From assembly GCA_050230475.1 (NCBI GenBank), contig JBFLGF010000083.1:62001-96303 (forward strand): a DNA stretch of 34,303 nucleotides, read 5' to 3'. A model generated the notes under the pieces. The model had not been told where the DNA came from. It saw nothing but the letters and a program-made list of their open reading frames with translations, and did not search any database. Below, one piece after another: positions 1 to 13,046 of this stretch. A program made the position numbers and the translations under genes. Position 1 is the first letter of the stretch. Every line of letters starts with the position of its first letter. This DNA comes from Ancylonema sp. (taxonomy: Eukaryota).

Positions 1-1212
1 GATTGGGTTTGATTTAAAAGTGTGCGAATGTTAAAGCATGCGATAAGAAGCAGAAGGCAAGTCCGCCAAGTCCATGGTCCAGACTTATGCCACATGAATC
101 CCGCTGCACACAATCGGAACGCAGTCGGTCAGTATCTTGGTCAGTGAACGACAATTCTGATACAGCTCGCAGTTGGCAGCTGAAAAACAGGGCTGACCAG
201 ATGTCTAGCTAACGGGCTGCCTGGCTGACTGGCTGGCTGGCTAACTTGTTGGCTGGCTGGCTAACTTGTTGACTGGCAGCACGGAGCCGCTTCTGAAATA
301 TGTTCGTAATTGAGCTGCAGTCTAAGGTACAGTTTGCAGTGTGAAGATGCATGACAGCTCATGCATAACAGCAGATGCATAACATGAGCGGAATACATTA
401 TGAATTGAAACGCAAAACGAGCAGCACAGAGCCGAACAACACGATTAACTTTTATGAGTTACTTGCGATCAGTTCTTTGTGCACAGACGCACAGCCGTGC
501 GGCCGCGCAGCCACGCAGCCACACAGCGAAATGAGCAACCTACGACCTACAGTCGACAATTCAAAACAGTTTACAGTCTCCAGTCTACGAAGGCAAGAAA
601 CGCAGTCGCAAAGTGAAACGTTGAGAGCATTACCTTCCAAAGAGGTATTCCAAATTCTGGCGGAGACGGCGGAAGTCTCGCTGAATGCAGCTCGTAGTTT
701 CTTGTCGTGGCAAACGAGCCAGCTGGAACTACGATAAAAGTGCAGAGAGTCACCCCTATCGATACTAGAGTCTCGTACTCTAGAGAAGGAATGATAGAAA
801 TAAATGAGCAGAGCCCAGTCGCTTTCTGAATTAAGGACTGCGAGTTGAAGGCCTTCCAGCTGGAACTACGATAAAAATGGCAGAAACTTCAAGCAACTCA
901 AGCGCACACAGCACCAGCACGACTAAGAATGTGACTCGGCTATCCTGGAAGCTGACGGCTGCTGTAGGAAGATGGTAAACGAAAGTGCCGCCTTCCGAAT
1001 TTTCGACTGCGAGAGAGAGCCGCCTTCTGTGCCAGAGATGGCAAAATAGCCTTCGAAGTTCAGAGATGCATCGTCAAGTTCCATACTATTGACACGGGAT
1101 GGCACAATAGGTTCTAAATAGTCGGTGACATGTGCTGGGGGTTGCGCAGCCCGCAGCCCGCAGCCCACGGGATTAAATCGAAGAGTGCCTGTGCCCTGTC
1201 AAATCTCAGCCG

Positions 1213-1993
1213 TTGCACGTGATATATGAAGCGTGTCCTGTTCCACGTATCACATGATACGTGGCCATTGACACGTGTTTATTTCTTCGTTCCATGTTCG
1301 ATTGAGTAAGCTTCCACGTGTCAAGTATCACGTGTAGCGTGACACGTGTCCTTTTACTCGTATCTCAATAAACATGGTTATTGCCACGTGTCGTTATTTT
1401 CCTTCACGGAATGCCACGTGTCATGTATGACGTGTAATATGATACGTGGAACATAACACGTAGACTGTGGTACTTGACACGTGGCTTCGTTTAAATATGC
1501 CATGTGGCATGCCATGTATCAATGTGTTACGTGTATTGTGACAAGTGCCCTTTCACACATATCTTAAAAGGTATGGTTATTGCCACATGTCACTTTATTC
1601 TTCACAGAGGCTATTTAGTTCAATACCACGTGTCAAGTGTCATGTGTCATATGATACGTAGAACATAACACGTAGACCGTATTACTTGACACGTGGCTTC
1701 GTTGAAATACTCCATGTGGCATGCGATGTGTTAACGTGTCACGTGTATCATGCCAAATGTCCTCTCACAAGTATCACAAAAGGCATGGTTCTTGCTACTT
1801 GTCACTTTTTCCTTCATGGAGGCTACTTAGTAAGATGCCACGTGTCACGTGTGACGTGTCGTATGATACGTGACACTTAACACGTGGACCTTGGCGCTTG
1901 ACATGTGGCTGTGTTGAAATATGCCATGTGTCACGTGAATCGTGGCTTGTCCTTTCACACAGACCTTAAGACACAGGTATTGCCACGTGTCGC
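1213..1993. repeat. CACGTG-rich tandem satellite, about 4 units of ~185-212 bp
   Basis: TGATACGT recurs at 1255, 1440, 1652 and 1864; GGT(T)ATTGCCAC-like at ~1376, 1576, 1787 and 1976. The region is dense in CACGTG/CATGTG. Confidence 0.85.
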
Positions 1994-2008
1994 TTATTCC
2001 GTTAAGGA

Positions 2009-2151
2009 CATAGTTGCGTCCCGGACTTTCTCGGGATCTCCGGACCCATCGCGGGTCTTTGGACGCGTTCGGGTTCGGGCGCGTCCGAGACGCGTCCCTG
2101 ACCCGGACGACAGAGCCAAAATTGGATATCCATATCTTCCCCACATTTGTG
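2009..2151. mobile_element. Left part of a hAT-type MITE (CATAGTTGCG terminus), right end missing
   Basis: Co-linear similarity to the left half of the 21096-21371 element (catag..gcgtcccggac..gggatctccggac..gccaaaat..gatatccatat..atttgtgt). Confidence 0.75.
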
Positions 2152-2162
2152 TAACCCCCATA

Positions 2163-2741
2163 CAGTGCAGCCTCGATATAGTGACAATTTTATAGACATG
2201 GGGATTTAATGTGACTATATCGAATGCTAGGGCTGTCACTATACACTGTATAGTGACATTTGATAGGGAGAAATAGGCAAATGATAGGCATTTGATAGGC
2301 AAATGTCACTATATCGAGAGAAAGTGAAATTAAGGTCGATATTTTTAACGGAGGGGGCTCATCTACACGGCTTTTGTTTTAACATCCTCTCGCTGTAGAA
2401 AAACCTGTCTACATGACTAATGTTGGAACCATAAAAAAATTTGAAATTAGACTGGTTATTAATTTACGCGTCACATTTTGGCTAAAAACAATTCGGGCGG
2501 AATATTATGCATTAAAATAGACAGGTTGTTAACTTTCACAGTATAAATTTAGACAAGTTTCACCGTATAGTGACATCGCAATACAAAAATCTGGATTTTT
2601 TGGTCACTATAACGTGTGTCACTATAGCGATTGTCACTATATAGAGTAGGTTTTTATATAGGATTAGAAAAAAGGGCAAAAAAAAAGTCACAATATCGCG
2701 ATTGTCACTGTACAGTGTGTCACTATATCAAGACTGCACTG
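2163..2741. mobile_element. Tc1/mariner (pogo-like) MITE
   Basis: 24-bp TIR CAGTGCAGCCTCGATATAGTGACA (22/24 match), TA on both flanks, many subterminal TATAGTGAC/GTCACTATA copies. Confidence 0.85.
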
Positions 2742-2752
2742 TAATATTTTAA

Positions 2753-3125
2753 GTAGAACAAGAAAACCAAGAAGAACATGAAGAACAAAAAGAACAAGAA
2801 GAAGAAGAAGAAGAAGAACAAAAAGGACAATAATATGTAAGAACAAGAACAAGAAGAACAAGATGAACATGAAGAACAAAATAAATAAATAGAACATGAA
2901 GAACAAGAAGAACATGAAAAACAAAAAGAACAAGAAGAACAAGAATATGTAAGAACAAGAACAAGAAGAACAAGAAGAACAAGATGAACAAGTAGAACAA
3001 GAAGAACAAGATGAACACGAAGAACAATAAAAACAAGAAGAACAAGAATATGTAAAAACAAGAACAAGAAGAACAAGAAGAACAAGAAGAACAAGAAGAA
3101 TAAGTAGAACATGAAGAACAAGAAG
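2753..3125. repeat. Compound (AAGAAC/AAG)n microsatellite
   Basis: Directly visible; higher-order repeats anchored by AATATGTAA. Confidence 0.95.
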
Positions 3126-3903
3126 TACCTTCGCTTTATGTACTTTGCAATACTTCACAAAACACATCACAGTGAAAGACAAGGCAATTTAGTGATAGTT
3201 TAAAGACAACCGATATGATTTTCGATACACTTGCCACTCCCCCCCCCCCTCCCCAAAAAAAACAAAAACAAAACAAGCGTACCGTACTATGCACCCTAAA
3301 CGATTTCTGTTTTTCCAAAATCAATAATTTTCGTGATAATTTTTCAAATGAATCCGTTAGTTATTATCAATAATTTCTGGTAATGATTCCATGAATCCGT
3401 TAGATATTATCAATGATTTTTGGGGATGATTCCGGATTGTAGGAATAAAGGAGTAAAATATTTCTTTGTTTCAGAATCAAAAAAGAAATGATTTGCCTTT
3501 ATCTAGATCTTTCGTTCATATTTACCGTACATTTTGACGACACTAGTGCACGTGGAGAGCACTCGTATTAGTCACGATATCCCGACCGGCCACTATTTTG
3601 TCGTTATGTACGGTCTTAATTTGTCGTGTAGCGCGTTTGATCGGTAATAGTTTCCATATTGTGGGATGTTAGGGCCTGGTACGTAGTTTTTAACGTCGTA
3701 AATGTCGCTCGTCCAAAAACGTGTCCTTTTGCACGTGCCTACTTTGTCGTGTAACCCGTTTCATCACATCTAGAGTCAAATCTAGGTGACCCCGAATTTC
3801 CCGTAAATGATTCCTTAAATGAGTTTTATCAATGATTTTTAGTAAATTTTTTCTACTATTTAGTAATTAATTTAAATGATTACTTTCGGGTTTCAATAAT
3901 TAA

Positions 3904-4540
3904 TCAAAAACCAAACCAAACCAAGCAAAACAAAAAAAAACACAGCAAAGAAAAGAAAAGCAAAGCGAACCAAACAGAGCAAAGCAAAGCAAAAGAAAAC
4001 AAAAGAAAGTAAAGCAACCCTGAACTAACCATAGCCAAGCCAAGCCAAGCAAAGCCAAGCAAAGCAAAGCAGAAACAAGAAAAAACGCAAATACCTCCTC
4101 TCCTAAAGGTAGATCACTTCTTAACCCAAAAGAAGAAAAGCAACACAAAACAGAGCATAGCAAAATCAAGATGACCAATTTAAAAAAAAAAAAAAAAAAA
4201 AAGACAAACCAAAGCAAAGAGGAGCAAAACAAAGCAAAAAAAAGCAAACCGAGCAAAGAAAAAGAGAGGAAGAAGAAAAAAGAGGAGAAGTGGAAAAAAA
4301 TAGATGTCAAGAATATTAGAAGCAAAAAAGAAACTAAGTAGAGAAGTGAAAAAGTAGAGAAATAAAGAATGCCAATCCAAGCAACACAAATAGCAAAGAA
4401 CAAAGACTAAATCAATGCAAAGTAAAGCAAAGCAAAGAAATTAATCGCATCTTTCACATGGAAAAACATATAAACCTAAAAACCCAAAAAAAAACCCCAA
4501 AAAACCCCAAAAAAAAAACAGAGCCCCCCCCCATAAAAAG
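3904..4540. repeat. A-rich low-complexity tract (AAAGC/AAACC units)
   Basis: Directly visible and strongly strand-asymmetric. Confidence 0.9.
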
Positions 4541-5237
4541 GGGGAAAACGACTCATTAATTTAAAACCACACAACAAAAAAAGAAAAGACCCAAGTCATA
4601 CGGCGTTAGCCGTCGCTAGTTAATATGTCCCGATGTTTGTCATTATAATGAAAGTAGCATGCCAAACGCAACACACACGTACGGAATCTCGGATGTAGAC
4701 ACGTTTGAGGTGTAGGAAGACACGAGTTTGAATATCTCGCACGTGTCTATAACTTTTGACCATGACCAGTACGTGCATACCATCACGGAATTCCAACCAA
4801 ACCAAATTTCAGGGCAGGGGTGATGACCGGGAGGGGTGGGAGGCATCCTCGTCTCCCCTCATGTCAAATGCCTCCCCTGATTCTGGAGGAGGGGGGATAC
4901 CGGGACAAGATACTGTGGGGAGCGGGCGAAGGGGGGCCCCTGCGGACGGAGTAACGCCCCCCCCCTCTTCCTGCTTGGGGGGTCCCGAACAAACCCGTAG
5001 CCTGTCACCGGACGGTTATTACCGGTTATGAACTCAGGAACCTTTCAGCGCAGGTTTTTCCAGCAGTGGCAGCTGCCAAATAAAAAAATGGAAGCTCCAC
5101 CCACGCACGCACACACCGGGAATGCATCACCGTTGGGATTACCAGCACATCGTAATGTATGTTTACATCCCACCTTCTGTGAGTGAGTTAATTGTCGCCG
5201 CCGCTGCAATGATGTAGAGAGTTCACGGAAAGCCAGT

Positions 5238-8200
5238 ATGCAGCGTAATGGCGCAAGGGCAGTGATATGTGGCTTGAGAAAACATTTTGTCTTTCCCAAG
5301 TCACGGCCTTCCAGCTTGAATGTGGACTGTGTCCTCACGAAATCACTGACAGGATTGCTCCAAAAGAAATTACGAATATCGAACGTTTTGCTTCCAGGTA
5401 CCGCTGCCATACTGATTACCCTACTTTGAATTTAGCCTCAAGGATAGGGCCTCGAAAACTTTGCAAACAGAGCTCTTCAAAATAAAGTGTCGCTGCGAAG
5501 TAGCTGTGTTATAGTGGCGTGTTTCAGTTTTGGAACTCACAACTCGTGGTATGAGAACCTTGTTTAATTGAACTCAAGATCACGTATTGTTTTACAGCTT
5601 CGTCTGCAGTATCACTTCGCAGTTTCGTTTTTTTGCTGCTGTCACCGAAAATTGGTTTGCCTTGCTGCTCTCGCAGTTCCAGAGAATGCAGTGCCAGCCG
5701 TCCTTCGCCGTTGCCAGAGCTCACATGCTGTTGGGAATGTATCAGCAACAAATCCTGGGCCTACATCACAGTATCATGCTCTGCTTGCTGAAGGTCGCCT
5801 TGAGGCTGGTGATGCAAAACAGGTCAGCTTATCTGATCCTAGTGTGACATTATGGGTGAAAGTGGCCCGGAACAACGTGATATCTCCCTTGCAGTGTATG
5901 TCTGACGATTGAAGGTAACATACTGAAACTTCTAGATCCCTTGAATTCAAGGTACAAGTTGAGTACATGTAGCGCACGTCCTACACGTGCCGACTATTTG
6001 TCACTACATGTTGTTTGAGTTAGGAAGCTCTACACATGATTACAACTGGAAACTTGTTGATATCATTTCCTTTCGCTTTTCTCGAGGAACAATGAGCCAG
6101 ATTTCCCATTTTTTCCAGATTCGTCCATTTACAGTGGTTATTGCTGTCAATGACGGTATAACTTAATCGGATGTCGGCCATACACGAATAATGTAACTTA
6201 CGTATCACGTTTAGACCAGATGGGAAGTTTTCATTATTACAGTGTCACATTACGCATAATGTATAAGTGCACAATATTTTGGTAACATTAACAGTGAACA
6301 TCCAGATGAAGTGGTTTTTTCAACCCTGTGTGTGATACGTTGGAGGCGTGAATCGAATGAGACAAACTGATTTCCAAAGCGCATCAAGTCCATAGATCCT
6401 CCTCCTCCTTTTTGGTTTTCTGCAGGAAATGGCAGTGGCAAGCTTACAGGAGCTGCATGAGAGACTGGTTTCAAGAGCAGACAGTCGGTATTGCTGAACC
6501 TTACCTTTGTGGGAATTGCAGGGAAACACGGTGGAGCCCTTGGGCTGCGATGAAATCACCTAGAAACTAATATGGCATCTGTACATTGGTCTCTATTGAT
6601 TGGTGCACTAGTGTCTGCTTTTCCCCTTGAAGCAAAACGATACTAAGGCTTGCGGATGTCATCTTAGGCACTTGTAAGAGAACTTGGGAGACCAAAATTT
6701 GTTCCAGACTTACATGCTAGGATTTGTGTGGATGCATGTATGTGCTTATGTGACTTTACACGTCAGACTCATAAGGGCCGGCCGTCAAGTCTTGAGACCA
6801 TCGGTCATCTCTTTCTGTTGCAAATGAGATTTCAAAGGTTGTCGGTAGCTCGTTAAACAACAGGTGACACCATCATAAGGCATTTGTGGTGGTGGGAAAT
6901 TTATAGCGAAAACGAGAAAGTTCACGTCAAAATCCCGCCTTTGTCACAAATAAAGAAACAAGTATATTATGTTACATGCATGACGTTTTTGTTACTAACC
7001 CCATCCCCTGATCTGAATGCCCCAAGCCGTGACTCACAATTTTGTTTATCGCTGTTTTGCTGTTTCGCAGGGTATCATGGGGATGGCTTGCGAAGTCGTT
7101 GGAGGCGCTTGGCAATCGCATTAGAGTGAACGCTCAATCTCCCAAGGGGCTGTATCTGCACGGAGGAGTAGGAACGGGGAAGACAATGCTCATGGATGTG
7201 TTTTTCAAAGGCCTCCCAGACACCATTCTCAAGAAGCGTATGCACTTCCATGCGTTCATGTACGACTTCTTCCTCTCCTGGCTGCCAAAGATATATCTGC
7301 TTCCGCTGATAGCGCACAGTCCGTAAATTCTGTACGAAACGAGCAATTTATGACTCCCGAGTAGGACCATGGGAATCTAGCAATGGTAGTTACATAATGG
7401 AGTGGAGCGACTAAGTATGTTGATTTGTGGCGACACTCAAGTTCTCTCAAATTTGTATGAATACTTCAAGAGCTGACCTTCGGTTCTTAGGTGCAGACTG
7501 GTGAGCTAGATCTGTTATCCCGTTTGTGCAAAAGACGGAGCAAATGACTCCTTCATCTTCGAGAATAAAGACAATGCAAGACAGTACAACAAATGAGATT
7601 GGGAGTGATATGTAGAGAGAATGTGCGGCCGGTGCTGCATTGGCTCTTACTGTTGGTCATAGGCGATTCCGTTCTAGTCATTCTGAACTTGTGGATTGTG
7701 TCTGATCTGCCACCTGGCAGGTTGGATGTACATCTACGGCTGCACCGTCTCGAAAGGAACCCCGTGGCCAGATTACGACGCAAGAATCCGATACAGCTGG
7801 TGGCAGAGCAGATTGCGTCAGAGACGGAGGTGCTTTGTCTGGACGAAATTGAAGGCAGGTTAAAGTAGCAGCCATTCACTTTTGGGACTGTGCTATCTGG
7901 CTCTAACCCCACCGCACTCTTTTTTCTGAGGGACCAAAATCATCTGGAGACTGGGTGGCGATGTAATAAGTTACTGAAAACACTCTTGAAATGTCTATCC
8001 CTGAGGTAATGTGGTGCTCAAGTGTTGCGCTATTAAGTTTCCATCGGAGAGCTTTGTGAAGGACTCTCATCATCGATCATCTGTCTGTCCAAGCATGTCG
8101 TGTGTCGTTCCCAGGGGGATGAATGATCACTAATGAAAAGAATCTAAATACGCCTCTCTGATTACTTCCGTGGGACGCACAGAACGATCCCTGACACAGG

Positions 8201-10075
8201 GATGGGGATGGTGGTGGTCCCTAACGGATGCTCCCCTTCCTCCTTTGTGCAGTCACGGATGTGGCCGACGCGATGATTCTACTCCGCTTGTTTCATGTGC
8301 TCTGGCCACGGGGTCTGGTTCTGGTAGCAACCTCCAACAGCGTTCCAGAGGAGCTGTACAAGGATGGATTAAATCGACACCTGGTGAGCCCAGTCGAATA
8401 ATCACGGGCACATGTATTTGACCGAGGCTACTGTATTGCGCTCTTGTTCAGAGTCGGGAGGCTCTTGGGCTCATAACTATCTCACGTGTACTTCTTCTGG
8501 CTAGAACCAGAGAAGTCCCATCCTGTGGTATCGAATGGCTTTTTTTCGTGAAGGAAGTGCAGGCATGCAGTTAACTTTGGAGATCTACTTGTCGCACTTG
8601 CATGTGATCTACACTTATAAGTGTGCTGATACCATTTCATCTATGCGTGGCTCCCCCCCTTGCTGCACTTTGCAGTTTGTTCCTTTCTTTGGCCTTCTGC
8701 GTCAGTACACACAGGTGAATAATTTGGATGACGGTTCCGGCAAGGATTACCGACGCGGCCATCATCGTCTGCAGCTGTTCATGTCGCAAGCAGAGGAGAC
8801 TGCGGAAGGCACAATGGAGGACGCGTTCTCCTTCCTAGCAGGTAGGTAGTTGGTGGAAATGGAGGATCCATGGATGGGGCAGTGAGGTGGTGCTCTGTCG
8901 GCTTGGGGAGGAAAGAAGCAAACCTGGAGGTTTGATCGGATATGAGAGATCGGGGATCATTGATGAGAGATCGGATATGAGGAGTACTCATGAGGTCTGG
9001 TCTAGATCAGCTCTGGTCTCAGATCTCTGGAAGCTGGTATTGATGTGATGGGACTGAGTTGTTCTAAATCCAATGATCTATGTATCTTTTTGTGTGTGCG
9101 TGTGTGTGTGTTTCCCTGTTGAACGTGCAGGGGACGAAAAGCCGAAAGTGGACACAGAAATTGAAGTCATGATGAGACGGAAAGTGAGAGTTCCGAAAGC
9201 CTCCAAGCTCGCCGCAAGATTTGGATTTGCAGAGATTTGTGGGAAAAACCTGGGGGCTGCCGACTATCTTGCAATCGTCCGCACTTACCGTGTGATCTTC
9301 ATTGATAGGTACCTGGGCTGGGGTCACTGCTGGGACGTGGCGTTAAAGAAATGGTTTGGAGGAAGTGGCAACCACCGTGTGTCATTGGCACCGTCTGGTC
9401 GGTGCTGTCTTCAAGACCCTGACTGCAAAAAAAAAAAATTGACGGCCAAAAAAACCCAACAAAGTGTTGCTCCAAGCACACCGAGAGGATATTGTATCAT
9501 GTATGTCTATGTTTCTCGAGGTCATGTTGTAGGCTGACTGCTGTTGTTGAGGGAAACACTGGGCATGTCCTTGATTGGTTTTTGTAAGTTTTCAATGGCT
9601 GGTTGAGTGAAGTTTCTGACCCACTGATCCAGCTGTACCTATCTTGTTCAGAATTCCATGGCTGGGCGACGAAACAAGGGAAAACGAAGCGCGTCGATTG
9701 GTGACTTTGATCGATATCGCATACGAGCATAATAGACTCCTTTTTTGCACAGCAAAGGTCCCGGTAGAAGCCCTCTTTAAAGTTGTAGACGAGAAGGTGT
9801 CGCAACAGTCGGAAAATACAAACATGTCTGTGTCTGGGGAAGGAGGTAGTTCTGGACGGTCCACCACTATGATAGGGCAGATGGAGTGGAGTGCGACTGG
9901 GCGAGTGGGGGCATCGCTGGCAAATTTGTTAGGAGGGAAATCGTTCACCCAATTTGCTTCACGGAGGACCGTGTCAAGATTGCTCGAAATGAGTAGTGAG
10001 TATTACTTGGAAAAAGAAGGGTGTGTCGGGCGTAAAGTATTGCTATGGTTGGTGGAAAGGGGAGAGATGAAATGA
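5238..10075 (+). CDS. AFG1: AFG1/LACE1/ZapE-family ATPase, probably mitochondrial. Exons 5238-5397 (tentative), 5677-5822, 6426-6487, 7071-7259, 7721-7854, 8253-8383, 8676-8841, 9131-9308, 9652-10075
   Basis: Family motifs: [19 protein letters not shown] (Walker A), [26 protein letters not shown] (Walker B), [46 protein letters not shown]. All intron phases join consistently; TGA at 10073-10075. The start exon is least certain. Confidence 0.93.
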
Positions 10076-10807
10076 GTGCGATAATATTGTTGGAAAAAAA
10101 TGGTCGGGAAAAAATGTGGATGTCACGTTGATCAAGGTTATGTGAAGTTATCATCGGTTTTCCCTTTTTGTTGGTGCAATATCGACGGATTTACATGCGT
10201 GAATTCGATCGATCCCGAAGAGCCCATATGAAACTCGATCAACCCACCTCATGGATGAATGAGTTTGATTTTAAAATTGTGCGCCGACTTCGAATGTCCA
10301 ACATTAGTACAATTTTTGTTTGAATGGATGGAGTTCAACGAGGTTTTGCTAGTTATAACATTGAGCGCAATATCATCGATAGCCAATGGAATGAGTCATC
10401 CTCATAGTTCCGGATCAATATTTTTTCACTTCAACACCCGATCTAGCGATTAGTAATTAATTTGACTTTTTTTGATTCGCGTGAGTTGCGGTTTGGCATT
10501 CAAATAACTAGGTCATTCGCACGTGTTATTCGACGCTTTCGTAGTCAGAGAGTCGAAAATAAATCCTTGTACCAAATAGTGTAATCTCTTACCCACGCTT
10601 TACTTTGGGTTGCGAGTATTAGCGGACACATCATCATTCATCGCATCCTCGCGGTTTGAATCATCGTTTTTTTTTTTTTGCATTTATGTTTCGTGTTTAA
10701 GTTCCTTGTTGTATTACGATTCGTGATCCGGCAGTTTCGAGTATATCGTTTGCATCACTTGCGTTATCTAAATTCAGCACGTGAACGACTTTCATATCAC
10801 CATACAC

Positions 10808-11394
10808 CATAGTTGGTCCCGCACCGCTCGCGGATTTTGCGAGCCCGGCTCCGAGCCGGCTTCACCCGCGATCCGCCTGGCAAAAACGAAACGTGGAAAT
10901 GTGACAAAGGACAAATTCGCCCCTCCCACGCTGGTACTTACTTCGGGCCGTATGTTCCAAACATAAACAATAAGTGACGACCATAGAACGGATTGCGACT
11001 ATGTTTTGATTCCGTTGTCTCAAGACCGTTCTAAAGTTTATTTCATTTGACCATTACAGTCGTTTGTAAGGGTATACCATCCTATTTTGTTCTTTGCTTT
11101 TATATTCGTGAATCAAGACCGCATATGCACCTCGCAAATGAAATCACATCGAAGATTGCGACAAATAACATGATATATTGCATCCCAAGAAATACACATC
11201 ATACGGCAACTATATACGACTCATAACTTTTAACCTAAGGCTACTTTTGAGTTCTTTTTGACAACTTTGTGTGTAGCCTTCATATGCACCCATTTTGAGG
11301 CCAAAATCAAGTTGTTGTTTTTCTTCTTCGTTGTTTTTGCGTGGGTCTCGCTCCGCTCGCATATTTTTGCGAGCCAGGCTCCGAGCCAGCTATG
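10808..11394. mobile_element. hAT-type MITE
   Basis: Ends CATAGTTGG / CCAGCTATG; flanks CCATACAC / ACATACAT (6/8 TSD); subterminal TTTTGCGAGCC.GGCTCCGAGCC near both ends. Confidence 0.7.
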
Positions 11395-11495
11395 ACATAC
11401 ATCACATCATCCCGTGCAAGAGCGTTGGCATATCCTCAGCTAGTATCAAGGTTTTTTTTGCTTCCAAATTGAGTACTCATCTCTTCTCGCACTTC

Positions 11496-12226
11496 CATAG
11501 TTGCACGGACCGGCGGACCGGAGTTCCGACGTCCCGGTGCTGGACCGGGGCCCGTCCTTCTAGGCCAAAATGCCGGACCGGCGGTAGTATGATACTTTCG
11601 GTTTTTCTTTCGGGATTTTGAAAGGTTTACCGATGCAAGCAATCGGTTATTGGTGGATTGTGCTCACCGTGCGGCGCAACTGAATGGGCGCTCGGGGCGG
11701 AATGTTTGTTTGTTAGTTACTTGGTTTCGGCAGAGAGTTTTTGTCGCTTTACAACGTTCTCTAGCACATGCAATCCATGCTAGGACATTGCGATTGGAAG
11801 AGGGTATGGCTCTGTTACCTCCCCCCCCTCCGCGGGTGTTATTGTCGTCAGCAGAGTTAAGGATTGTTGCTCGGGTGTTTTAGGGTTGGGGTTGTTTTCC
11901 TTCTTCTGTTCCGTTAGGTTGGTACGATAACGTTGGTGTTGTACTCAGATGGGGTTCCCATCGTGCTTGAATAAAATGCGTCTCTCACTCTTTACCGTGG
12001 ATTAAAAAATCCGGAAAATACATATTGTTTTTAATTTGGGGTTGTGCATCGTGCAAAAATGAAAACAAAAAATGTTCTCTCAAATTTCCCCGACTTATCC
12101 ATTTGCCGCCAAAAATTGCCGGGGGCGGGAAAAACCCTATAAAATCCCCGGTCCGACCGGATCCCGACTCCGGACCCGGTCTGACCGCGGTCCGAAAAAG
12201 CAATCTTGCCGGTCCGTACAACTATG
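11496..12226. mobile_element. hAT-type MITE carrying a nested retroposon fragment
   Basis: TIR CATAGTTGCACGGACCGGC / GCCGGTCCGTACAACTATG; TSD CGCACTTC / CGCAATTC (7/8); GGACCGG subterminal repeats. Confidence 0.85.
11630..11990 (+). mobile_element. 5'-truncated 3' end of a CRE-like non-LTR retroposon
   Basis: Near-identical to the reverse complement of 28741-29094; encodes VDCAHRAAQLNGRSG...LRIVARVF*. Candidate TSD TTTACCG at 11626-11632 and 11991-11997. Confidence 0.9.
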
Positions 12227-13046
12227 CGCAATTCTACTTTCCAACCACAAGCAACGGCCAACCACGTCCACGAGCTGGTGCTTATGCTTTATTTCACAAA
12301 CTAGAGAATTGTAATGCAAGCAACACCAAGTTGGCGTGAGCTAAGGCACTGACACCTACATCTGAAAAGTTAGCAAGTGTTCCAGAATGTGCCTTCTTCT
12401 TACTTAAAAGTCCTCAAGTGCTAACGAATAGTCCCATGTGCTCTAACCTTGTCAAACTTTCCGGACTACAGTAAGAAGTACTTCGTGATCATCAATTTCT
12501 TCATAATTCGTTTCTGATGCCATCGGTTTCATTATGAGTCATCGATTTGTGGATGTGATCACGATGTGGATGGGTACGTCACAAATGTGTCACGTGGTGA
12601 TGACCTATTTCTCTCAAGGGCGGGGGGGGAGGGGAGGAGGGGTGTCTGGACTCAGTGTAAATTTTAGCGCAATATGGGGTACAAAAGATGACAACATAAA
12701 CAATTTGGCACCAAGTCGTGTGTTCTCCATGTTTGTCCAAACGTGTGTTCTTTACTGCTTTTCGACTTGGCTTGAAACGCCAACGCTTGCAAATGCAAAT
12801 GAAAATTATTATGATTGTATCGCTTTAACTTTTTGGTGACTTGTTCAGTGTCATGTGCTACACCAAACAATCACTAAAGTGCGAGACCAATTCAAAAACA
12901 ATATTGGTTGTTTGTTTTGCTTGGTGGTTCTGCTAGTGGCACCTCTTGATACTACTAGTGTACTCCACCCTGTATATCGGCACCCTAGTAGTTGACCATA
13001 TTTTGTTGCCTTTTAAGAGGGTATGCCTATACAAGAGGGTTGATTC

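Noticed and set aside
1..1180. ORFs 375-737 and 923-1168, a 21-bp direct repeat (719 and 856) and a short tandem repeat near 231-276
   Set aside because: No recognisable family or element boundaries; two repeat copies are not a CRISPR-like array.
2688..4403. Hydrophobic minus-strand ORFs
   Set aside because: Translations of microsatellite and A-rich tracts.
4820..4880. C/D-box-like GTGATGA...CTGA around a GGGAGGCAT/ATGCCTCCC hairpin
   Set aside because: No clear terminal stem or recognisable guide sequence; short motifs like these arise by chance.
5024..5036. 13-bp match GGTTATGAACTCA with 14497-14509
   Set aside because: Matches of this length are expected by chance in 34 kb, and the match does not extend.
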